A DNA stretch of 48,618 nt, the filler included, from Sphacelaria rigidula (lineage: Eukaryota): the NCBI GenBank assembly GCA_964200075.2. It is 3 parts of 3 records of this genome, joined end to end, with 100 filler letters (N's around TTAATTAATTAA, not from the genome) between each part and the next. Parts side by side here need not be neighbours in the genome. Positions count along the whole stretch, not along the records: positions 1 to 16,141 come from CAXNAA020001468.1; 2 more parts are not named here. The stretch is one strand, 5' to 3'. The notes under the pieces were generated by a model, which saw only the letters and a list, made by a program, of their open reading frames with translations, had not been told where the DNA came from and searched no databases. The position numbers and the translations under genes were made by a program. Of the stretch, positions 1-9,805 are shown piece by piece (the first letter of the stretch is position 1; each line of letters opens with the position of its first letter).

Positions 1-867
1 CCAATCTGGCCTTGCCGTGCACCACAAAACCTCTTTTACGGCATTTATGGTCATCGCTTCCGTGCACTTTTCTGGCCGGTCGGGGGGGGGGGGGTTATAT
101 CGGCAGCAGCCCTTGGGGTTCGTCGATTTTGTGACCGCAGCGTAATTCATAGAGGATAACTTGATGGTGTGCGATGATCGAACAATCAACCGATAAGGTA
201 CATGACGTGAGTTGGGAAGGTTCCATAGTGTGTCTGCGGCTGCCAAGTAGATAACTGGTGATGTATCAGTAATGGGAGGGTGAGGGTTAGGGCTTGGCTA
301 GCTTCTACCGTCCGACAACCCGGAAGTTGAACAGAGCATATCTGCTCACGCTCGGTGTTTCTCCTGCTCAAACATGGGCCGTGAATATGCCGTGTGGAAT
401 TAAGCGCCCATTGTGAGGCCGGTTCGGCCCTGGCATAATCTCAATGAGGCCGGACAGACCTTGTTGACTTCGGGGCATTTTATGGGCAATCAGAGACTGT
501 AGCCAGATTTCTTACGCCACGAATTACCCGGCTTTGAAGTGCCTCCGCTCACTACATTTTCTCCTCCCCAGGGTTGGTGGTGCGGTATAAACATCTCAAC
601 TAAGCCACCACACCCTGGAAGGGTGAAATGAGAAGGAGTAACATCCCGCACATGCTCGAACAGGGCACCCCCGGCGTGAAAATCGACACTCGTTCTACGG
701 ATGAAGGACCCATGATCGCTTCGCCTTGAGGGGCAAAACTTTCGCGCAGATCTCAATAGCATATTGGCACAACTTGGTATCTAGGAAAGCATCTACGGTA
801 TGGATGAAATACTGCTAAATCCTAGATTAGGAGGATAGGGGGGGGGTTACCGCAAATGATGACAGAC

Positions 868-1718
868 CTGCAAGGTCTCCGCCGCCTTCATCTCCTTGAG
901 GGCCTCGTCCTTCACCGCCAAGAGTTCCGCAGATACGACCTCAATATTGATAGTCTCCACTGGTGCATCTGCACCCTGTTTTACCGGTTATATCATCGAT
1001 GGTCATTTCGGTAGTCGATTCAGGCGGAAGTGAGAGTGGAAATCACTGTTAGGACGAATCATCACGGGTTCGAATCACCAAATTCACGATTTCTTCGGCC
1101 CGATTGCCGAAAAATGAGAAAAAAGTTGAGCGCTTGTCCAAGGGGTATCCACGCAACTTTTGCGCCNNNNNNNNNNGATTGATTCGTACGATTCGGATCA
1201 ATTACACTAAAACCAAGTAATTCCAGACGAATCATTGATTTGTCCGACCCTTGAAATTGTCGGAGCGGTCAAATCTTGTCTACCATCGCAGTTGTACTTG
1301 CGGCGCCGGTATGAGTAGTCCATCGCTACTTTCTTGCTGATGCACCAGCGAATTGTGGTTCTAGCAGAAGTTAGTTCTATACCGTATCCGTCTACCGACG
1401 CCTGTCGTTCATCGCTCATTCCTGCTATAGTATTATTATAGATCCATGATCGATTCGTGGTTTTCACCTCAAATATACGTGTGAACATGGGAGTCACTCG
1501 TGTTCTGCTTTCAACCAAATATTAGCTATATCTGCAGTCGGAAACCGCAGCTCGCCGTATTGTACAAGGGCTCTAGTGACAAAACAGTACAGAAGTGCAG
1601 GCTACGCGCGTAATATCCAGGGACATTTGTCCCTGTCAACATGTACACTTGCAGTTTTGATATCTGCATCATTACCTCCCCACTGGCTGCCAGGACGGAG
1701 GTGGAAGCAGACGCCGGC
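868..1718 (-). CDS. Two internal exons (1718-1676, 975-868) of a gene continuing off the left edge; possibly the N-terminal part of an organelle-targeted phenylalanyl-tRNA synthetase alpha subunit
   Basis: Both exons have AAACAG acceptors and GT donors (GAG|gtaatg, CAG|gtctgt). They join in frame to give PASASTSVLAASGE-GADAPVETINIEVVSAELLAVKDEALKEMKAAETLQ. The last 20 aa resemble the N-terminal coiled-coil of bacterial-type PheS. Exon structure is seen in sequence; the product is a weak inference. Confidence 0.5.
1270..1400 (-). pseudogene. Possible degenerate DDE (IS630/Tc1-like) transposase fragment
   Basis: ORF 1207..1518 contains SARTTIRWCISKKVAMDYSYRRRKYNCDG, which resembles the S.rT..RW...lg..Y...KK..Y.DG segment preceding the catalytic domain of such transposases. 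No catalytic triad is visible. Confidence 0.3.
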
Positions 1719-2358
1719 CTGTTTCGCGAGAGGTGGCCGAGACAACAGGCGTAGAGAGACGGGGGCGGACAGTCAGTTGGTCTCGAGAGTAAAATTTACC
1801 GTCATTACATACCTCCTCAATTTTCTACATCCTGTAAAAAATGTAGTCAATAGATGCAATAATAGGCCTTTATTTTACGCAGTACATTTTGTCCATTGCA
1901 ACTATTGACCGTACATCGGGACAATAGCTGCAATAGGATCATACTTCACGCAGTACCTGTACATGTTTCTTGTCTTCTGCCACTTGAAATATTAAAGAGT
2001 TTCGGGGGAAAAAAACAGTCCAGAAAAAAAATCAGCGATGATTAACGAAGTTGGGATTTAAGGCCAGGATATGACGAACCCTCCTAGTTAAACCCTAAGG
2101 GGAGACGTCGCCGGCAACTCAGGATTGATTTGAGAATTAAAAAAAAATCCCCGAGTTGCGAACCACCCCAAAACGCTGGTGCCCAACTTGGGGTTTTAGG
2201 AAACGGAACTAGACACCCCGCCTCACAACGACCAAGGTTAGAGAACACAAACGTAGAACAAACATCGCGTGGAGCGATAGCGGACGTCGTGGACATCCGC
2301 GACGGCGCTGATAACGGCAGCTCGTTCACGAGGGTCACCCAAGACTACGACGAAGAGT

Positions 2359-2625
2359 TGGAGGCGAACGGGGGAGCCGAGACACCAGTCGACCTGGCTG
2401 AAGATGAGGCGGAAGGGCGGAAGTCAGCCACTCATGCAGCGGCCGAGAGGATATCTACCAAACGGCCACCTAAAGTCAAGCTTGCGTTAGCTCGCGCGGG
2501 TGCACCACCGTCGGGTGGCCATTGTGTTCATGTCCTCGTTGCGGCTGCATGAGTGGCCAACCTCCGCCATGCCGCCTCATCTTCAGCCAGGTCGACAGGT
2601 GTCTCGGCTCCCCCGTCCGCCTCCA
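2359..2625. repeat. Long imperfect inverted repeat (foldback): 112-nt arms, 43-nt loop
   Basis: 2359-2470 aligns without indels to the reverse complement of 2514-2625, with about 17 mismatches by hand count. Confidence 0.9.
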
Positions 2626-3556
2626 CGTAGCTCAGAGCTAGGATTACTGCGAAGTGTACGTTGCTGAGGATGAACGTACTTGCTCAACGTATGCGCATGC
2701 ACACATACAGGCATGCGTACACTTATGCTTATATACACAAGGGGGGTACAGAGCACTTGTACAGAGAGTACAGAACTGTCTACAGACAGTGCAACAGTAC
2801 AGTTTTCACAACTTGTACTAGTACGGTACCACACACCGACAGATGAAGGATTTGTGAACGACTAGCGGGCGCCGAGGTGCATTGCCTGTGTGCCCAACGT
2901 TGTGTACTGTGCCGGGTTCGTACCCAGAGGCTGTGTATTCCACGGTACGGGGACAGCACAGACAACTGTATACATGCTCTTCTGCGCTGTACGGGTAGCA
3001 CCGCATGGATAGGTGCAGAGTACAAACGCAGAACAGCACGAACAATGCTTTTGTGATATTGAGAGTAGAGCGTTGATTCTGAGTGGGTTCTATCATCGCA
3101 TTAAACTCAACAATTTTGTCATTCTGCGTGCTTTCCTTTGCCTGTGTCACTAGCGTGTGCGTACAGCTACGCGTCGATATCCTAATCAGGAATATGAAGG
3201 GCTTGATTGGCAGGCTACTACAGAAAAGGTATCGGGCCTCGAGGAGTGGCATTTTGGAACCGCAACTATTCTTCCATTAATTGATCATCCTCACTCTCGA
3301 ACCACATTATCTACTCTCCATCTCACGAAAACGTTGTTCATGGCGCGAGTTGTACCCCTTTAAGTCATGACACCGACCGCGTGGCATTTGGAACAGAAAA
3401 TCCTAAAACTTTGAAAGTTGCCCACGGTCCACACCTACCTGGCAAATGAAAAAAAACTGGGGTTTAAGCGTAAACAAACCATCCGTTTTTCAGTCATCCA
3501 TGAATTCAGATTATTCTTCCCTTGAAACTTTCCATTGTCCCGAGTGTGCAATTGTC

Positions 3557-3847
3557 CATACGTCGGACGAGCACGAGTGACTCGTGGCACTGACGCTCGT
3601 TGGGCTGCTCGTTTGCCGTTTTTGGAGGTCCTCGTGCACTCGAGTCATTGCTTGTTATGGAAAAACTAGTAGGGCGAGTACTCGCGTCATTGCTCGTTGT
3701 GGAAAAATTAATAGGGCGAGTACTCGAGTCATTGCTCGTTTTGGAAAAATAACAGGGCGAGCACTCGAGTCATTGCTCGTGGCGAACGACTTGAGTCGAG
3801 AAGTCAGCAATACGACGAGTAAATGAATATCATGAGCTCCTCGACGA
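3557..3847. mobile_element. MITE-like element with internal ~42-bp tandem units (degenerate copy)
   Basis: Begins CATACGTCGGACGAGC. Contains units of TAGGGCGAGTACTCGAGTCATTGCTCGTTGTGGAAAA at ~42-bp spacing. Direct-repeat homologue of 4942-5205; the right end is degenerate. Confidence 0.7.
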
Positions 3848-4236
3848 TCTTGAACCTATAATCTTCAAGTCCATATGCATATCTGCACATGTACATGCGT
3901 CAAACTCCGAAGCGGGCCAGGGTGGTATCCCACGTCGAACATCATGAAAAGGCTGGGTGATGTTTTCAGACCGTGGTGCCCTCACGATCGCGCCAGAAAA
4001 CCTGGGGCATGTGCAAGGCATCTCGTGCGTGTACAAGGCATACCAAGGAGAACAACATCGACAGAGCACATGCTCCCAAATCGCTTCGAAAACACCCGAC
4101 TTGCTGGGACGTGCACCGTTTCGAGCAAATAAGCTGAACCGTGCAGGCAGTACGTGCGAGTGGGTGCGAGGCAGTGAATGTGCATTCGTTCTGAACGAAT
4201 GTATCTGTAAGAAGTCATCAGCAATGCCAACAGTAG

Positions 4237-4863
4237 GCGGAGCGGCACTAGCGAATGCAGGGAGCCTGCGGTGGTGCGGAGTACTATACAAAAGTGTTGG
4301 GTATCGAACCATTTAGCACTTCGATACGATATAGCCTTTTTCAGTGTTCGATAACGATAAAATCGAAAAATATCGGCGAAGCCAAACGGAGGCAAGAGCA
4401 GCGAGTCCGCTCGCTGTGTCGGCCTCAAATGCCCCCCCTCCCCCTCCCCCGGCTCGCGAGGATGGTCAAACGACTAAGGCAAGCAACAAATGAGTACGTC
4501 CCCCGGCTCGGGAGGGGGTCTCGCGGGAGGCGCCGTCGGAGGCAAGAAAATTGGGATACATAGCTTTATTTCCCATCGAAATTGACCTAACCAAGGTCTC
4601 CCAGCCTAGGAAAAAACGTGTCCAGACTCGACAAAACGCAAGAATCACACCGCACATTTTATCGTTATATCGAAATGTTTTCGATACGATAACGATAACG
4701 ATATTTCGATACGATTTATCAAAACTTTCGATACGATATGCAACACTACTGTACAGCAGAAAAGCCGCAGCCGCCAAGAGTACAGCAAAAAGGCTGCGGC
4801 TTTCCAGCTTGTTCAGTGCTCCGCACCACCGTAGGCTCCCTGTATTCGCTAGTGCGGCTCCGC
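4237..4863. repeat. Inverted repeat pair (49-nt arms, 4237-4285 and 4815-4863) enclosing a nested MITE
   Basis: Arms match 45/49. A further outer inverted match exists between 4211-4228 and 4922-4939 (GAAGTCATCAGC[A/G]ATGCC). Confidence 0.85.
4292..4748. mobile_element. hAT-like MITE
   Basis: Termini AGTGTTG...CAACACT with many subterminal CGATA motifs. Flanked by an imperfect 8-bp duplication CTATACAA / CTGTACAG. Confidence 0.65.
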
Positions 4864-4941
4864 TCATGTGATGAGAGGCACACTGTCAAGCGTCAGGTAG
4901 CTGGTTGTGCTACATGAGCGGGGCATCGCTGATGACTTCGT

Positions 4942-5205
4942 CACACGTCGGACGGCCACGACTATGACTGCTCGTTTGCCGTTGTTGCAGGTCCTCGAGC
5001 ACTCAAGTCATTGCTCGTTGCGGAAAACGAATAGGGCGAGTACTCAAGTCGTTGCTCGCTGTGCAAAAGTGAATAGGGCGAGTACCCGAGTCATCGCTCG
5101 TTGTCGAAATATAAATAGGGCCAGTACTCGAGTCCTGCTCGTTGTGTTTTCAAAAACATCAGCGGGCGCACTCGTTTCGACGAGTAATAGCTCGTCCGAC
5201 GTGTG
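4942..5205. mobile_element. MITE with perfect 13-bp TIR and internal 42-bp tandem units
   Basis: CACACGTCGGACG (4942-4954) and CGTCCGACGTGTG (5193-5205). Units start at about 5032, 5074 and 5116. Confidence 0.8.
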
Positions 5206-7026
5206 CAATTTTCCAAGCGAACCGTCAAAACCGGCTCTCTAGGTTTGCAATGCAGTGGCATGGGATCCTGCCCATCACATCGGAGTGGAAGCAATCCCTA
5301 AATGAATATTGCCACGAAATCCCCCAGTATCGTGAATAATGGTGGGTTCGTTCTTGGGTAGATGTGAATGCGGCGAAATCTGATACCGTGTCGAGCACTA
5401 TGCGATATCATCCGCGAGGCCGATGGGGGTTCGTCAGGCAAGCAAAAAGTTTCATTTTCATGGTGCTTTACTGTACTGTAAATGTACTGTACTCCAAGAA
5501 AGTGCCTCAGACATGCGAACCGCCACGATGTTACAACAGCACACATTTGCAGCCTTCTTCTCGGGCGCAGCTGCCCTGTCACCGCGTAAATCAACGACCT
5601 ACCGATGTACGCACGGTACACGCCGCCATGCAGTATGGTAAAGCACAGAGCAGAACAGTACGGTGGCGCGCTACAGCAGCTAGTACACCTTGCTCATGCA
5701 CGAACGTACAAACATGAGTCAACTGCAACCGATCATGCCCGTTGCACGAATCGCGACCCTCAAGCAGCAAGGACAGCCAGTATCTACCAATCACACAACC
5801 TGAACCAACACCAGCCACCGCGACTACAGAGGATAAAACTTTCTTCTAGGGCAGTGTCCGACTAAATTTCCCATCCTACGCATACCGGTCACTTGTAGAT
5901 ACCCATATGCCTCTGCTCCCGACATCCTCTGCGCATCGACTTCGCTGGGTACGATGGCTCCCACCTGTTGCATGCTTCGAAGATCCCTGAAAAGTGGTGA
6001 ATGCTTGGTTGAGGGATAATGACGCCAGTAGCACAGTCGTACCCAAAACTGTCAACACCCCGCTAGAACCGGTAGATTCAATTATCCTCATGGGAGATAC
6101 CCTTGATCGCCCTGCCAACGACGTCCCTGTGCCCATGCTGCTGATATTGAATCCTCGAGCGGCTATTACTGTTCCGAAACTTTATTGCGCACTTGAGCCC
6201 GCACAGAAAGTGGTCATTGTTTGTACCAGCGTTGAGCCCCGTCGTTGCACAACAGTTGCTTCTACCGCACCTCCTCCGCCAGGTCCGTGTGCTGCTCTGC
6301 GGCCCTTTAACACAAGGTGAGTGAATTGGTTTTTCCTTGATCGTGGAGAAAAGTTGCCCGTAGATCTGTACAATATTGCCCCGTGCGGAGCGATCTCTAC
6401 GATATGGTCCAGACAACATCCAATAGAGACGATGACCGCCACCACCACACAGAACGTGTTGCGCTGCACTTGTGCCATACGGACTTCCGACTGCCGCATA
6501 TTACCCACCCTATACTGTCCTCCAAACTGACCTTCTGTCGCCTGTCTGTTTTGTGTCGGAGCGAGGGTTGCGCAGCGAGCATTTCACCAGTCTGGGGTTG
6601 CCCAGGCTGCTGTAGAATTCCATGCGGCAATGAACAACAGTAGAGTATAATACAGTAATTACAGTACGATACAACAACGTATAGCAAATTTCAGAGCTCG
6701 GTATCGTAAAGGTGGATCAGGATGTGGGTCGAACTAGAGCGCGGAGTTCACACCGTCAGACCTTTGACCGATAGCTGTGGAGGACCAGGTGCATGAGTTC
6801 AAAGTCTGCTGCTCTGTCAGTCAATGCCTCGTGTGCGCAACTCGTGCTGTACAGTGAACATCGACGATTTACGGTACTCCACACCAAATTTCAAAGCACT
6901 ACCCGTACTCTCAAACGGAGATGAGAACTCCACTTCCAGTACATTTTGTGCAATATGTCGATTTTCACAGGAAATGCTGAAAAAGCCTTATCTAGAGTTG
7001 TGAACAGTTTTGGCTCACCAGTCAAT

Positions 7027-7083
<57 letters not shown>
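7027..7083. repeat. (TTG)19 microsatellite
   Basis: Perfect trinucleotide run. Confidence 0.98.
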
Positions 7084-7084
<1 letters not shown>

Positions 7085-7534
7085 CTTCACATTATAAACC
7101 GTTCCGGAATCTGCGCTGGACTCTCTTCTGTCCCTTCTTTTCTTCAGCGAGTGTTTCAGTCTCGTTTCTCTTGGGTACGTCTATCATGAGACCACGGTTG
7201 AACCCTGGGGGGGGTCACTTAAAGTACGACAATCAACTGAAATCGAATCAAATCAATCGAACTCTGTACTGGGCATCTAATGCTAACCGGTTGCAAAAAT
7301 ATACTACAAGTTGCAGTTATCAGTTGAAACTGGATAACTAGCGGCGAAGCCGCCTAGCGACTCCCTCAGCGTTGCCTGGCAGGGCAACGCAGCGCAGTCG
7401 CGCATACGCGCCCCCCCGGCTGGTGAGAGGGCCCCGCCGGAGGCAAGAAAATGATGCCATTCGGCTTCACATCTCTTCGAAACCCCGATAAATTCTAGCC
7501 GTTTAGCCCCAGCGATTGAAGCACGCAATCGGTG

Positions 7535-7572
<38 letters not shown>
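7535..7572. repeat. Compound (CA)n(TA)n microsatellite
   Basis: Seen directly. Confidence 0.95.
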
Positions 7573-7573
<1 letters not shown>

Positions 7574-9654
7574 GGATGGGGCAAAAGAAATATCACTGAA
7601 CTTCGTGACGTGCATTTAAAAGACGAAGCGGCGAGACAGTAGTGCAGCATACATAGCGTTCCGCGTGTACCCCCCAAGCGCCAGAAACTACTAGTACCGC
7701 CACAACTTGGTGGCGTTATTCAGTGTGATCATATCAGCCAGGAAAATCAAACAGAAATCTCGACTCTTCCTCATGCTTCGGCATCATTTTGACTAGCCAG
7801 CACTGAACGCTTATAACGCTTGATGCCGACAGAGTAAAGCAAAGCACACACAATGACGCTACGAAACGCAATCTTGCTTCACATTTCAGATCCGCTCAAT
7901 CAACAACTGTCCGTGGCCAATCTCTGTTTTTTTATATTAGAATGTGTTGTGTGCGATATTCATGTCTGCGTCTAGGCGTATGCACTGTGCGGTCATCTAC
8001 TCGCCATGGTTGCAGCGTCTCCACGGTCATTGTAGCACGACGACAAATCAGAAATATTGACTTGAGTATGACACATACCCAAAACACTTTGGAGTATGAC
8101 ATGTCGGGTGGAATAACTGGTTCAACTAGTTACCAAACTGAGCAATCAACAAGTTGTACCAGTTAACTGTAACTGGTCGGTTAAACTGGCAGCCAGCCCT
8201 AGCCATGTCTCTCGATAGGTGACGAACTAGGTGAAGATGAGGGTATCGATCGTCTCCCCGATGCCCCCTAGAAATGTTCACACCAAAGATCAGCGTCATC
8301 CGCCGATTACGTTGTGACGGGGTCCCGCGTAGACTCAATCAAGATGTCTCCATACGTGACGAGATTTACTCGACATGGCGTTGAATCAACGGAGAGGCAT
8401 CTGAACCGGATGGTGAGTAGATGGGGTATCTCGATCTGCCCCTTGGTTAGAAGATGAACAAGATGTGCAGATCACGGTTCAAAATATCTGCGTCGATGAG
8501 ATGTGGTTATGACAGCTCTAGTCCGCTTTTTGGCCGGCTCAGCGTGTGCGTCTTGGGTCTCGAGCCTCGACAAACCATAACACAGCACAAGCTGAAGCTG
8601 CGTAGGCACATATACCAGAAACTGCCATCAGTTCAGCTCTGTAGTAGCAACCTTCCCCCCCCATGTCTAATCAAAATGTCCCGAAATACCTACTCGTGTC
8701 GTGTCCTCTTGACTTTGTTGAAGCAAGTACCTTCTCTGACCTTATGGGGGCCAATGCCAGTTTTTTGGGCGTGCCCGCACACGCGACGGAGTTCGCCATA
8801 TCCCTGTGAAATTCACATCTCCCCCTTGAAAACATGCCCACGGTACATGCAAAAGATCTGGGAGAAATGAAATAAGGATCTTTGATCGGAGATATTTGAA
8901 TTACCTTAATGAATTCTGTATTCGGAACAAACCGAACATGAGGATACGTCTCAACAAGACATATGGGCGGCGGAAATTTCAACACGAAAAAAAGTGCACG
9001 ATCTGATTGGTCCACTTCATTTCTATTCCGAGAATCTTGATTCGTCGTGAGATTCTATTCTGTCCACTGACGCACTAGACGGATCGAGACAGAAGGTCGA
9101 ACATTTTATCTCGAGAAGCCGGGACCGTGGTAGGGGGGGGGTTCATTTTTGCCCCAAGGCGTGACGCACAAGGTACGAATGCTGCTTTCACTAGCAAACC
9201 CGAGGTCTCTAAACGTCGCGTGCGTCCTGTGCCTCCCTTATACTCTACTGGCATTCTTCCCTAAATTAGCACGAAACAAGTAGCTGCTAGGAATGGCCCT
9301 TATCTCGGCGCTTACTTGTATACGTGTACCGCCATCTGAGGCAGCCCTGGTCAACTGAACGACCAGCATTCCCGACCAACCTCGGGACAAGTTGTACCCC
9401 CTCCCCCCACCCTTCGACAAAGAGGAACGGGACGTGCTAGAGGGGGAAATGCGGGGCGTGAACGAAGGTGGCATAGAATCGTTTGGCGCATTAGACAGTA
9501 GCGAGAAAACGATGGCTACATTAGGAGATAGATGGTGGTCACAGAAGGCGAAACAGGACGGGGATAAGATATGTAATGTGTTCTTGCGTACTGTATGGAA
9601 GACGCGTAATGAGTGCCAAAATGTTGAAGGTGGCTCTATTAGGAGTAGGAACGG

Positions 9655-9727
9655 TGCTCCGTCTCGAAAGGGATGCGTGGTCAATGGTCAAGCGACTGAG
9701 GCAAGTAACAAATGAGTACGCCCCCCC
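9655..9727 (+). repeat. Dispersed ~75-bp repeat module immediately upstream of the SGT start codon
   Basis: TGCTCCGTCTCGAAAG..GATGCGTGGTC.ATGGTCAA.CGAC..AGGC.AG.AACAAATGAGTA.GCCCCCC. Also present at 23121-23200, partially at 4461-4504, and degenerate at about 23237-23315. Confidence 0.85.
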
Positions 9728-9805
9728 TCACCCCTACGCCCTGCGTGTGTGCCACTGTTGCCCTCGCTCATCAAATCGTTTCTGCTCCATCGCCCCCCCC
9801 GAAGG

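Noticed and set aside
3630-5145. Palindromic 42-bp repeats as a CRISPR array
   Set aside because: Units are contiguous tandem copies with no unique spacers, there are no cas genes, the context is eukaryotic, and the repeats are bounded by TIRs.
5876-6508. Possible Copia gag/protease relic on the - strand
   Set aside because: Only vague similarity, with no intact CCHC or DSG motif; too weak to call.
6946-7341. 131-aa ORF with poly-Leu as a membrane or signal protein
   Set aside because: The poly-Leu is simply the (TTG)19 microsatellite.
8651-8973. Possible MITE with CC..C.CCC..ATGTCT termini
   Set aside because: The TIR is too degenerate and there is no TSD or second copy in the window.
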